NCBI GenBank assembly: GCA_018650845.1
Contig: JABIFF010000021.1
Coordinates: 16,163 to 80,162 of the forward strand
Length of the DNA stretch: 64,000 bases
From: Chloroflexota bacterium
GTDB lineage: Bacteria > Chloroflexota > Dehalococcoidia > Lucifugimonadales > Lucifugimonadaceae
Direction: 5' to 3'
In this document: positions 19,471 through 29,165 of the stretch, piece by piece
How positions within the stretch are numbered: position 1 is the stretch's first letter
Layout of the letters: every line of letters begins with the position of its first letter
Notes under the pieces: generated by a model
Databases searched by the model: none
What the model was told of the DNA's origin: nothing
Seen by the model: only the letters and a program-made list of their open reading frames with translations
Made by a program: the position numbers and the translations under genes

Positions 19471-20319
19471 CTAATTTGGGTATTCCGAAAACATTCGAAA
19501 CATTGTTAGTGGAGTAGATACGCCCAGAAGAATCGCGATTATTAGGCGCATTGTCACTGCACTGATTCTGCCGGTTTGCTTTGCACCAATGAAACTTCCA
19601 GCCATGCCAGTGACACCCATCACGGCGAGCACACCAATGTCGAAGTTCATGTTGAATGCGTGACCCATGAAACCGAAAATTCCGGCGAGAATGCCGATGA
19701 TATTGTTCGTTCCAGCGGCGTTACGAGGATCCATCCGAAGCACGTTGATCAGTATCGGGAATCTCAGTACAGCCAGAACCATTCCCGATGCGCCGCCGAC
19801 TATGCCGATGATCAGGCCGATAGACCCGTATTGCAATCGACCTCGTGAATTCAGATCGATGCCCTGCTTGGACGCCCCTCCAATCTGAGCTTGCTGAGCA
19901 GTGTCGGGCTGACGAGATTTACTACGCGCCGACCACCACTGTGCGAATGTCATTGCCGACGAAATTGCAGTTAGCGAAGCAATAAGCCCGAGAAGCATCC
20001 ACGCTTGGACATCATCGGCATAGAAGCCACCTAGCAATGAGCCGATAATTGCTGGAATCCCGAGCACAAGCACAACTCGTACTACAACTCTGCCATCACG
20101 CCAGTGCGGCCATGCCGCTGCCGACCCGCCCAAAATCGTCACGCCGAGATTCGTCCCAGCTGCGACTACAGGGTTGAATCCCAATACAAGCATTACTGGA
20201 AGGCGAACAGCACCGAGCGCTACGCCCACCATTCCAGCAAAAATACTCAGAAGAAACGTGAACACGCCAAGAAAAATGAGCTGCCAAAGCGAGGCATCAA
20301 GCGGGAATAAGTCGATCAT
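19471..20319 (-). CDS. Sulfite exporter TauE/SafE family membrane protein
   Basis: Two repeats with AAGTN motif, about 8 TM helices. Confidence 0.8.
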   Translation of the reverse strand: MIDLFPLDASLWQLIFLGVFTFLLSIFAGMVGVALGAVRLPVMLVLGFNPVVAAGTNLGVTILGGSAAAWPHWRDGRVVVRVVLVLGIPAIIGSLLGGFYADDVQAWMLLGLIASLTAISSAMTFAQWWSARSKSRQPDTAQQAQIGGASKQGIDLNSRGRLQYGSIGLIIGIVGGASGMVLAVLRFPILINVLRMDPRNAAGTNNIIGILAGIFGFMGHAFNMNFDIGVLAVMGVTGMAGSFIGAKQTGRISAVTMRLIIAILLGVSTPLTMFRMFSEYPN

Positions 20320-20598
20320 TTATAAGCGAGTAGATATCACGTTGCGAACAACGTTAAAAGGTTCAACAGAAAAGGAAAGACCCAAGTGTATCGGCGCTCT
20401 CGCTTTGAGTTAGACCTCGATAACCGTCTTTTTACTGGAGTTCTTCTTCGAAATGAATATGTACGCATCCCGGGCCCGCTTCGCCCCCTGCTAAACTTGC
20501 CGCCTATTCGTTAGATTCACACTGGGCTTACAGCCGGTGTAATCACGTTGGGTAGCCGAGTAAATTCGGCGTATTTTCAGGCAGAGGAACAGACAACG

Positions 20599-21648
20599 AT
20601 GAAAAGCAGAGCCGCTATTCATGTCGGACACGGCAAAGAACTTGTAGTCGACGAGGTCAACATTCCAGATCCTCAGCCCGACCAGGTTGTCGTGAAGCTC
20701 TATTCAAGCGGTGTTTGCGCCTCTCAACTTCACCAGATGCACAATCCTGACACCCCAACGCCGGGACTACTCGGACACGAAGGTTTTGGTGTCGTGACGC
20801 AGGTCGGTTCCGGCATCACACATCTCAAAGAGGGCGATGCGGCAATCGTAACTTGGGTTCCCCGCGAACCAGTTCAGGGTCGCTGGCGAGCACCTGCTGC
20901 AGGCGTCACTTGGCAAGAAGAAACGCTTCAAGGCTCAACTTACACATGGGGCGAAGATGCCATCGTGTGGGGCGGATACGCTGTCAAAGTAGAAGACAAT
21001 TCACCACGTGATCTATCTTCTATCGTCGGCTGTGCAGTTCTCACCGGCGCAGGAGCCGTAACTCACACCGCCAAAGTACGTCCTGAAGAATCGGTAGCAG
21101 TATTTGGTGTTGGTGGAGTTGGATTATCAGCCATTCAAATGGCAGCTGTAATCAATGCATACCCGATCATCGCTGTCGATATCGACGACGAAAAACTCGA
21201 GTTCGCAAAGCAGTTCGGCGCGACTCACGTTGTGAACTCCAGCAAAGTAGACCCCATCGAAGCGATCATCGAATTGACCAACGGTGGAGTCGATTACGCT
21301 TTCGACGCAGTCGGTCTTCGCATCACCAACGAGCAGATCCTCCCCGTAACCCGAAGCGGTGGATCAGGTGCCGACAACATTGGTGGCATGGCAGTAATGA
21401 TTGGCATGCCTGGACCCGAAATGACTCTCTGGCCGGGACACTTTATGCTCCACCAGCGTCAGTACCGCGGATCGCTTGGTGCGACCTACCCTGACAAAGA
21501 TTTCAGCATGTACTTGCGACTCTACAAAGAGGGCAAGTTCCAGCTCGATAAGATGGTGACTAAGCGATACAAGCTCGACGACATCAACGAAGCATGCGAC
21601 GACCTACAAAGCGGCAAAATTCTTGGTCGCGCAATCCTCGAGTACTAA
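20599..21648 (+). CDS. Zn-dependent alcohol dehydrogenase (MDR family)
   Basis: GVCASQLH, GHEG, GCAVLTG, GVGGVG; start at MKSRAA. Confidence 0.88.
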   Translation: MKSRAAIHVGHGKELVVDEVNIPDPQPDQVVVKLYSSGVCASQLHQMHNPDTPTPGLLGHEGFGVVTQVGSGITHLKEGDAAIVTWVPREPVQGRWRAPAAGVTWQEETLQGSTYTWGEDAIVWGGYAVKVEDNSPRDLSSIVGCAVLTGAGAVTHTAKVRPEESVAVFGVGGVGLSAIQMAAVINAYPIIAVDIDDEKLEFAKQFGATHVVNSSKVDPIEAIIELTNGGVDYAFDAVGLRITNEQILPVTRSGGSGADNIGGMAVMIGMPGPEMTLWPGHFMLHQRQYRGSLGATYPDKDFSMYLRLYKEGKFQLDKMVTKRYKLDDINEACDDLQSGKILGRAILEY

Positions 21649-21664
21649 GAGAACCCAACAAAAA

Positions 21665-22582
21665 TTGCAGTATCGAAAATTAGGTAACACCGGCGTAGAC
21701 GTTTCACTCCTGAGCTACGGAACCGGTGGACCATCCCAGTTCGGCCAAAAAACAGGCGTTGATGACGCAGGCCGAGCGGCTCTTGTGAATCGGGCAATCG
21801 AACTTGGTGTGAACTTGTTCGATACGGCAGAAGCGTACGACGGCGCAGAAGTGCTGCTTGAAAAAGCTCTCCGAGGTCACTCTAGAGATTCGTATCTGAT
21901 AGCCACAAAGTGGTCGTATCGACTTGCAGACGGTCCTGTAACCGATCCCGCTGAAATAGTTCGTTCTTTAGAACAAAGTCTGCAACGACTACAGACCGAC
22001 TACGTCGATATCTTTCAAATTCACGGCGTCCTTGAAGAGCACTACGACCACGTAGCCGATATCTACATTCCAGCAATGCAAAAGCTTCAGGAACAGGGCA
22101 AGACTCGATTTCTCGGAGTAACTGAAATGCTGACGATGGATCCCAAACACGAAGGCATGTCGGTCGCAATGGAAAAGCACCCCGATGTTTGGGATTCCGT
22201 GATGCTCAAGTACGGAATCATGAACCAGTGGGCAGCAAAACGTGCGTTGCCGCTGGCTGCATCGTCAGCAACTGGCATCTTGAACATGGCGCCGGTTCGA
22301 CTCACCCTCACTCGACCAGAAAAGCTTCAGGAGCGCATGAACGAGTGGGGTGAAGACGAAGGTGGAAACGCCCTCGACTGGCTTTCAAACGGCGACTCAG
22401 CAGAACTAATCCGCAAGGGCTACTTGTTCGCCTCCGAGCCGCCAGCAGTCACGACGGTCATCTCTGGCACATCGAGCATTGCTCACCTCGAAGCGAACGT
22501 AGCAGCGCTCGGCGGAACCCTCACGGACGAAGAGTTCAGCAAGCTGAAATCGGCCTATGGCGACTCAGCTTCACCTGACTAG
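21665..22582 (+). CDS. Aldo/keto reductase
   Basis: YRKLGNTG, FDTAEAY, IATK, SLQRLQTDYVDIFQIH; TTG start inferred. Confidence 0.88.
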   Translation: MQYRKLGNTGVDVSLLSYGTGGPSQFGQKTGVDDAGRAALVNRAIELGVNLFDTAEAYDGAEVLLEKALRGHSRDSYLIATKWSYRLADGPVTDPAEIVRSLEQSLQRLQTDYVDIFQIHGVLEEHYDHVADIYIPAMQKLQEQGKTRFLGVTEMLTMDPKHEGMSVAMEKHPDVWDSVMLKYGIMNQWAAKRALPLAASSATGILNMAPVRLTLTRPEKLQERMNEWGEDEGGNALDWLSNGDSAELIRKGYLFASEPPAVTTVISGTSSIAHLEANVAALGGTLTDEEFSKLKSAYGDSASPD

Positions 22583-22755
22583 ATAACGTTCGAACCTGCT
22601 TCCACCCTTTAGTGAATATGCACCAATTATGCAATTATTCACACACTTCTCATACGGGCTAAACCCTTACTTCCTAGAACCTCACGCCTGATCAACATAA
22701 TGGAGTTGATACAAGGGCTGGCGAGTGACTCCACTCGCATGTAAGGAGGTACAGA

Positions 22756-23694
22756 ATGTTTGGAAGAATTCTCGTTCCGGTTGATCGTTCTGAAGAATCG
22801 CGAACTATCCTGCGTTGGGCAGTCGGGCTGGCAAAGGCAACCAAGTCTGACGTGACGCTTCTTTCGGTGGTCGACACTGAAGATTTCGAGATCGTCGAAG
22901 CTGGTGCTCGAGGCGAGGAACGCCCGACTGCACCCGACGGTGTTATCACCAAGATCGCAGCCCAGGTAAAAGCCGGGCTCGAAGCTGAAGCTGATGAGCT
23001 ACGTAAGACTGGTGTCGGTATCGATGTCAGAGTTACCGCTGGTGCACCCGCTGAATCGATCGTCGCCGAAGCCACAGCAATCGGTGTCGACTTGATTGCA
23101 ATGTCGACCCGTCGAGAGTCCGCTCTCGCACGTGGAATCCTAGGCAGTGTCACCGATAGGGTGCTGCATTCAACAACTACACCGTTGCTGATTCTTCAAC
23201 CTGAAGACATCACCGACGAAGCTGTTGGCGCAGGTTTCATCAGGAACATCGTGGTACCGCTCGACGGATCTACGCTTTCTGAAACTGCTGTGGCACCGGC
23301 AACCGCATTGGCACAAGCCACTGGCGCAGAGTTGGTGTTCACCGAAGTTGTGAAGCTTCCGGTTTACGGCATGGATATGGGCGGAGTCGGATACGGATCG
23401 GTTCACTACGCTGAAGAGCTCGACACCAAGTTGCAGGAAGAAACTGCTACTAGGTACTTGCAAGAATTCGTAGAGAACGCTGAATCTGCAGGAGTGAAAG
23501 CTCATGCTCAGGTTCGAGTAGGCAACCCTTCAATTCAGATCGTTGATGAAGCGGCCGCTGCTGAAGGAAGCGTCATAGTCATGGCGACTCATGGGGCAGG
23601 CGGAATCAAGCGATGGGTTGTTGGTAGCGTGACCGACAAAGCGATTCGATCCGCTCACCGACCTGTGCTGGTCATACCGCCAGCCGCTGCATAG
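22756..23694 (+). CDS. Tandem-domain universal stress protein
   Basis: ILVPVD...LGSVTDRV and IVVPLDGS...GSVTDKAIR. Confidence 0.92.
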   Translation: MFGRILVPVDRSEESRTILRWAVGLAKATKSDVTLLSVVDTEDFEIVEAGARGEERPTAPDGVITKIAAQVKAGLEAEADELRKTGVGIDVRVTAGAPAESIVAEATAIGVDLIAMSTRRESALARGILGSVTDRVLHSTTTPLLILQPEDITDEAVGAGFIRNIVVPLDGSTLSETAVAPATALAQATGAELVFTEVVKLPVYGMDMGGVGYGSVHYAEELDTKLQEETATRYLQEFVENAESAGVKAHAQVRVGNPSIQIVDEAAAAEGSVIVMATHGAGGIKRWVVGSVTDKAIRSAHRPVLVIPPAAA

Positions 23695-23705
23695 CAAGTC
23701 GATTC

Positions 23706-23979
23706 TCACCCTCTCTAAACCGAGAGGGTGAGTTACGCGTTAAGCGTCCTGCTTCGGCGATTTGTCATTGCGAGAAGTGAGGGACGAACGCCGTGGCAAT
23801 CAGTAGTTTTGAGCAGCCCTACGGTCAATCCAGCCAGTAGTCACCCAACTGCTCACACTGCAAATCGTCAGCTTGAAAGATTAATGGCGAGAGTGCGATA
23901 GCGAGCAATATTTGAAAGTAGCGTTGCTCGGAACCGTTGATTACCACGTCGCCTCAAAGCAGGCTCCTCGCAATGACAA
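23706..23979. repeat. Intergenic REP/MITE-like cluster (hairpin plus inverted GTCATTGCGAG...CTCGCAATGAC pair)
   Basis: CTCACCCTCTC...GAGAGGGTGAG hairpin; TTGTCATTGCGAG...GTGGCAATC near 23762 and GATTACCAC...CTCGCAATGACAA near 23940-23980. Confidence 0.65.
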
Positions 23980-23992
23980 TTGGCAATGTTCG

Positions 23993-24481
23993 CTAATCAT
24001 CGTCGTCATCCTCGTCGGCACTGTCTTCTTTGCTCGGCAACGCTTTGTCGCTGTAGTTAAACGTCGAAATCAAGCCACGAATCAGATTTTCTCGCTCACG
24101 CTCCGAGAGATTTCTATCGCCTGGAATCAGTGTGTAGTAGTTCGGAGGCATTTCGCCATCCATCACCGATTCAGCGATTTCATCTATCTCGTCGTACGAC
24201 CATGACCATTCGGAAAAATTGAGATCATCTCGACCTTCTTCGATGTGATTCTGTGTCCACCACGAAACAGGCGCAACCCTCGAATACCACGGATAGGCGG
24301 TTTCGTTCGAGTGACAATCGAAGCAAGCTCGAACGGCAAGATCCCGCGTGGCTTTGATGTCCCACTCCGGTTCGCTAGTAATCGGTGGATTGCTCGCGGT
24401 TCGACCGTAAGGAACGATCTGAATCGCCAGAAATACCACTACAACAGCGACGATTGCGTATTTAATTCCACGCTTGACCAA
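23993..24481 (-). CDS. Haem-binding domain (cytochrome c-like) protein
   Basis: N-terminal TM, ACFDCHSNET CXXCH, YPWYSRVAP, GEMPP. Confidence 0.85.
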   Translation of the reverse strand: MVKRGIKYAIVAVVVVFLAIQIVPYGRTASNPPITSEPEWDIKATRDLAVRACFDCHSNETAYPWYSRVAPVSWWTQNHIEEGRDDLNFSEWSWSYDEIDEIAESVMDGEMPPNYYTLIPGDRNLSERERENLIRGLISTFNYSDKALPSKEDSADEDDDDD

Positions 24482-24524
24482 CTAACTAACTCCAGCCAGC
24501 CCTACTTGTTTCGCCTACAACCAA

Positions 24525-24682
24525 TCCTCCTTCCCTTCAAGGGAGGGAGTTAGAGGGTGGGTCAAATCGTGAAGCACCCACAATTCCATCGACGCCAAAT
24601 ACATAATTAGCGACGCTTACGATCCACCAGACAATCGATCCCACCCACACCCTAGCCCTCTCCCTACGAGGGAGAGGGAACC
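24525..24682. repeat. Inverted pair of REP-like family I elements
   Basis: CCTCCTTCCCTTCAAGGGAGGGAGTTAGAGGGTGGG and the opposite-orientation CCCACCCACACCCTAGCCCTCTCCCTACGAGGGAGAGGG. Confidence 0.7.
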
Positions 24683-24698
24683 AATCAAGCCAATCGTC

Positions 24699-25973
24699 CT
24701 AAATACCCATCTCAGCATCGATTTCGTCCTGGAACGCCGATGCCCGTCCTTCAGCGACGTCCTCGACAGTGACAGGCAAACCGGTCGCACCCGATTCCAT
24801 TAGGGCGTAAGCAAGAGCAAGTGCATCCATGCCTTCTTGCGGCCCAACCTCAGGTTGACCACCTGATTCAGCAGCAGCGACCATATCGAGGTATTCGTAC
24901 GCCAGAATCTTCGAATCGATCTCTCGGAAATCCATGTCATATGAACTTATACGGCGAGCGCCATTCCACAATGTAGATATCGTGTCGTCGAGTTCGAAAT
25001 CTGGAACCAATTCCAGCAACGCATCGCCAGTAATCTCGGCACCGTCATTTCGAACGATACGAGGCGACTGCCCTGATCGACTTGCAGGCCGATACATCGT
25101 TCCGGTGCTCCCAGAAATAGTCGAAACACCAAGCGATTGGCCGTGTGAAGTATCGGTCATCAGCAGCTGCCCAATTGCACCCGACTTAAACCGAATTACA
25201 CCGAACGCAGTGTCGACCGCTGTTTGCTCAACCGTGTCGCCAGTCTCGTACCCATCTTCTTTTCGGTGGTTGTACATCTTGGCCAACACCGGAGCGACCT
25301 CGTCCATCGGTCGAAGCGTTCGCTGTGATTCATTGATCGCAGTCTCGGCGTACACACTGTTCGCACCACCCAGCAAGTAAAGCAACATATCGGCGTTGTG
25401 CACTCCTGCATCGAGCGGTGCGCCACCAGCCTGAACTTTCTTTGCCCGCCAAACAGTGCTGTGCATCACGGCACCATTCGAGCTACCAACTCCGATATCG
25501 AGTGCGAAGTAAGGTGTGCCAATCGCGCCGGCATCGATCAGCGCCCGGGTAAGGCGATTCATCGGGTCACGACGATAGTTTTCGGCAACCGCCATCACCT
25601 TGCCGGTCGCTTTCGAAACATCCCGCATCATCCGACACGCCTTCAGGGTTAGACCCATCGGCTTCTCGGTAATTACGTGCAATCCAGCTTCCATCGCTTT
25701 GATAGCAAAGAGGTGGTGCATAGGCGTACTTGTAACGATCGCAACACCGTCGAGATCTGCCTTTGCCAGCATTTCGTCGAAATCGGTGTAGATGGTAGGC
25801 CGTGATCCAGTGGCATCACCTATCTCGTCAGCAACAGTAGCGGCAACGTCACCATGCACATCGCAGACTGCCGACATCTCTACCGTATCGAAATATTTTC
25901 GCAGCTCGATGTAACCGTGAGCGTGCCGACGTCCCATGCCGCCACAGCCGACCAATGCAATTTTGAAGGTCAT
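24699..25973 (-). CDS. Gfo/Idh/MocA family oxidoreductase
   Basis: IALVGCGGMG, EKPM, DAGVH. Confidence 0.9.
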   Translation of the reverse strand: MTFKIALVGCGGMGRRHAHGYIELRKYFDTVEMSAVCDVHGDVAATVADEIGDATGSRPTIYTDFDEMLAKADLDGVAIVTSTPMHHLFAIKAMEAGLHVITEKPMGLTLKACRMMRDVSKATGKVMAVAENYRRDPMNRLTRALIDAGAIGTPYFALDIGVGSSNGAVMHSTVWRAKKVQAGGAPLDAGVHNADMLLYLLGGANSVYAETAINESQRTLRPMDEVAPVLAKMYNHRKEDGYETGDTVEQTAVDTAFGVIRFKSGAIGQLLMTDTSHGQSLGVSTISGSTGTMYRPASRSGQSPRIVRNDGAEITGDALLELVPDFELDDTISTLWNGARRISSYDMDFREIDSKILAYEYLDMVAAAESGGQPEVGPQEGMDALALAYALMESGATGLPVTVEDVAEGRASAFQDEIDAEMGI

Positions 25974-26021
25974 ATTTTCTTTTATCTTCTTAGGTACTAA
26001 GTGAAATTATTGGACTAACGC

Positions 26022-27050
26022 CTACGGCAGCATGTCGACGAGTGGCTGAATGTTTTTCGGTTCGCCTTTGAAGTCGATTCCCATATCGTGAACGATCTCG
26101 ACTATTTTGTCGTTGAACGGAGTTGGCACACCGAGTTCTTTACCCATATCTGACACCAGACCGTTCAGGTAGTCAATCTCGTTTCGTCGGCCCTTTCGTA
26201 CGTCTTGGCCGAACGACGGCACGCCTCCAACGCCACCTCGTTTGCCAGCCTCCATGAACGCAGCTTCAACCTCTTCAACGTTGCGCCCTTCAGCAGCGTC
26301 GATGATCGATTCGGCAGGAAGTTCAAGCACCGAGAACAAGTTGATGCCCTTAGCCTTTGCGACTCGTGCAACCTCAGCTCCTAGCTGTATTCCAATTCGC
26401 AAAGGTTCGAGTACAGTCCGCACTTCGGTAGTACCGTATCCGCTCACGCCCGAGAGAGCGTTTGCCATGCAGTTGACCATCAGCTTCGACCAGCGAGCGC
26501 CCCAGAGGTCGGTAGAAAGTTCGGTATCGGCGATCACACTCAGAGCTTCCACAAGCTCCCTAGCCCTAGGGGTGTCCGATCCGTCATGCTCAGCGATCTT
26601 GAAACCTAGTGGATAGTTATCGGTTCGAATACCACGTCCCGGTTCCCACGCAGCGGCACCAATCGTGATGATGCAACCGAGCGAACGGTGAACTCCGGCA
26701 ACCGCCGCCATTCGTTCGTCATTAATCCCGTTCTGGAAGTCGACGAACACACCGTGGTCGGGGTCGACGTACCGAAGCATGAGCGTCGTCGCCCATTCGG
26801 TGTCGTACGACTTCACAGCGATGAACGCCGCGTCGAACGGCACGGTTTCGTGCTGCAATTCGTGAATGTGAATCGCCTTTGGGTGGGTGAGGTACTCAGC
26901 TTCCTGCGTTTCGACAATCAGGCCATCAGCCTTGATCTTCTCGACGTGCTCCCACCACTGGTCGATCAAAGTAACGTCGTGCCCCGCTTTGCTCAGCAGT
27001 CCGCCAACAACGCTCCCAATACCGCCAGCACCCATGATCCCAATACGCAT
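26022..27050 (-). CDS. Ketopantoate reductase (PanE/ApbA family), paralogue 2
   Basis: MRIGIMGAGGIG, AVKSYD, FQNGI, WSKLMVN, EIDYLNG; start at ATG 27050. Confidence 0.88.
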   Translation of the reverse strand: MRIGIMGAGGIGSVVGGLLSKAGHDVTLIDQWWEHVEKIKADGLIVETQEAEYLTHPKAIHIHELQHETVPFDAAFIAVKSYDTEWATTLMLRYVDPDHGVFVDFQNGINDERMAAVAGVHRSLGCIITIGAAAWEPGRGIRTDNYPLGFKIAEHDGSDTPRARELVEALSVIADTELSTDLWGARWSKLMVNCMANALSGVSGYGTTEVRTVLEPLRIGIQLGAEVARVAKAKGINLFSVLELPAESIIDAAEGRNVEEVEAAFMEAGKRGGVGGVPSFGQDVRKGRRNEIDYLNGLVSDMGKELGVPTPFNDKIVEIVHDMGIDFKGEPKNIQPLVDMLP

Positions 27051-27168
27051 CCGAATTCGACTCCCAATAAATTGATATATGACGTTAAAACAAAATCGCC
27101 CCAAGGCAATCATGTTCATGATTTCTGAGGGCGAAGTGTATGCGCGTGCGAGGCGGATTTGGTGCGAA

Positions 27169-28197
27169 TTACGGCAGCATGTCGATCAAAGGTTGAACAT
27201 GTGCTTTGTCACCTTTGAATACGATGCCTAAGCCGTGCACGATCTCAACTAGCTTGTCATTGAACGGAGTGGGCACTCCCTTTTCTCGCCCCATGTCAGA
27301 AACAAACCCGTTCAAGAAGTCGATCTCGGTTCGCCGTCCCTTTCGAACGTCTTGGCCATACGATGGAACTCCACCCGGTCCAGCCTTGCGAGCTGTTTCT
27401 AGCAACGCAGCTTCAACCTCTTCCACATTTCGACCTTCAGCGGCATCTATAACCATTTCCGGTGAAAGTCCGAGCACGGAGTGAAGGTGCTTGCCGTGCG
27501 CCTTGGCGACTCGTGCGACTTCGGCTCCTAGCTGAATACCAATTCGGCGGGTGTCGTCTTCCGTGCGTACCTTGGCGGTGCCGAATCCGCTAACACCCGA
27601 TAGCGCATTGTTCATGCAGTTCACCATTAGTTTCGACCAACGCTCGCCCCATAGGTCGTCTGAAAATACTGTGGCTTCAACGGCGTTCATAACTTCGACG
27701 AGTTCGCGAGCACGCGGGGTGTCTGAGCCGTCGTGTTCAGCGATCTTGAAACCGGGTGAGTTCACGTCGGTTCGAACGCCGCGGCCAGGCTCGTAGCAAG
27801 CAGCACTGATCGTAATGATGCAGGCAAGTGAACGTTCAACTCCGGCGATATCTGCCATCCGCTGGTCGTTGATGCCGTTCTGGAAATCGACGAACACGCC
27901 GTGTTCAGGATCGACGTAGCGCAGCATCATCGTAGTAGCCCACTCAGTGTCGTACGACTTCACAGCGATGAACGCAGCATCAAACGGCTCGGTCTCGAGC
28001 TGAAGTTCGTGGAGATGAATAGCTTTCGGGTGAGTCAGAACTTCAGTGTCTCGGTGCTCAACGATCAAGCCATCGGATTTGATCTTCTCAACATTCTCAG
28101 GCCACTGATCGATCAACGTAATGTCGTGACCGGCGTTCGAAAGCAGTCCACCAACAACGGTTCCAATACCACCAGCGCCCATGATCCCAATACGCAT
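27169..28197 (-). CDS. Ketopantoate reductase (PanE/ApbA family), paralogue 1
   Basis: Same motifs; tandem duplicate of 26022..27050. Confidence 0.88.
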   Translation of the reverse strand: MRIGIMGAGGIGTVVGGLLSNAGHDITLIDQWPENVEKIKSDGLIVEHRDTEVLTHPKAIHLHELQLETEPFDAAFIAVKSYDTEWATTMMLRYVDPEHGVFVDFQNGINDQRMADIAGVERSLACIITISAACYEPGRGVRTDVNSPGFKIAEHDGSDTPRARELVEVMNAVEATVFSDDLWGERWSKLMVNCMNNALSGVSGFGTAKVRTEDDTRRIGIQLGAEVARVAKAHGKHLHSVLGLSPEMVIDAAEGRNVEEVEAALLETARKAGPGGVPSYGQDVRKGRRTEIDFLNGFVSDMGREKGVPTPFNDKLVEIVHGLGIVFKGDKAHVQPLIDMLP

Positions 28198-28311
28198 CCG
28201 AATTCGACTCCCAAATCTTCTAGCGACGTTAAAACAAAATCGCCCTCAGGCAATCACGTTCATGATTTCTGAGGGCGAAGTGTATGCGCTTGAAAGGCTG
28301 GACGTATCGAT

Positions 28312-28435
28312 TGTCATGCTGAACTTGATTCAGTATCACAACCAAACTGAAAAATACCCTAGAACAGCCCAATACTCACTGTCTCGATCAATAGATTGCC
28401 GTTGATCACGATACTGAATCAAGTTCAGCATGACA
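28312..28435. repeat. Inverted pair of REP-like family II elements
   Basis: TGTCATGCTGAACTTGATTCAGTATC at 28312 and its exact reverse complement at 28410-28435. Confidence 0.75.
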
Positions 28436-28453
28436 GTGAATCAGCGGCTCCCC

Positions 28454-28807
28454 TCACACCCCAGCCAGCATCGCTATTGCGGCTCCGATGATCGTTAGGA
28501 ACTGCCCGCCTACCAGAGTCATGGTCCAGCGTAGATCGCTTTCGATACGCCGGAGTTTGCGATCGTGCTCGTCTTCTACGATCGATTTCATGCTCATAAG
28601 TTCGTTCCAGATGGCGTTCAGGTCTGGCGACGCACCAGCAGTCTTGCTTCGAGAACGAGACTTCCTAGAACGATTTCTACGGGAAGGATTGCCCTTCTCT
28701 CCGGGAACATCCAGAGCTCGCTCACTGGTTAAGCCGTCCAGCTCCATCTGGCCGTCCGAAACCACAGCCCTCGATCGCAACGTCGCCTTGCCCGATCTAA
28801 ACAACAC
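28454..28807 (-). CDS. Small coiled-coil + C-terminal TM protein (XhlA/holin-like candidate), last gene of capsid operon
   Basis: HDRKLRRIESDLRWTMTLVGGQFLTIIGAAIAMLAGV; overlaps upstream neck gene. Confidence 0.45.
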   Translation of the reverse strand: MLFRSGKATLRSRAVVSDGQMELDGLTSERALDVPGEKGNPSRRNRSRKSRSRSKTAGASPDLNAIWNELMSMKSIVEDEHDRKLRRIESDLRWTMTLVGGQFLTIIGAAIAMLAGV

Positions 28808-29165
28808 AGGTCACCACCTCGAGTTCAGCCGTCAGATGATCGATCCCGCCGATCTTCCGCCGCTTAATAGGACCTGCAGAAACGACCGTGCAACCCGCAT
28901 ACGTATCCATCGCCAGCTTCAGCGATTCTGACCCAACAGAATCAAGAAACCCGTGCAGCGAAAGTTCCGTCTCATCGACATCCCACCCACTGGCAATCAA
29001 CAGCAAACTAAACGTAAACGTAGCGTCGGTGTAGTTCGCACCCTTGAACCTAATGGCCACCGCAGGAAGCTCACTGAACTGATCTGCCATGTGATCTATC
29101 ACCGTTAAGCCTGAAATCGTGTCGAGCGCGGTCACGATGCCGTCACGAGCGGTTGCAAGCCCCAT
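28797..29165 (-). CDS. Phage tail-terminator/head-completion-like protein
   Basis: ARDGIVTALDTISGLTV...LPAVAI pattern, 122 aa, follows connector with TGATG coupling. Confidence 0.6.
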   Translation of the reverse strand: MGLATARDGIVTALDTISGLTVIDHMADQFSELPAVAIRFKGANYTDATFTFSLLLIASGWDVDETELSLHGFLDSVGSESLKLAMDTYAGCTVVSAGPIKRRKIGGIDHLTAELEVVTCVV

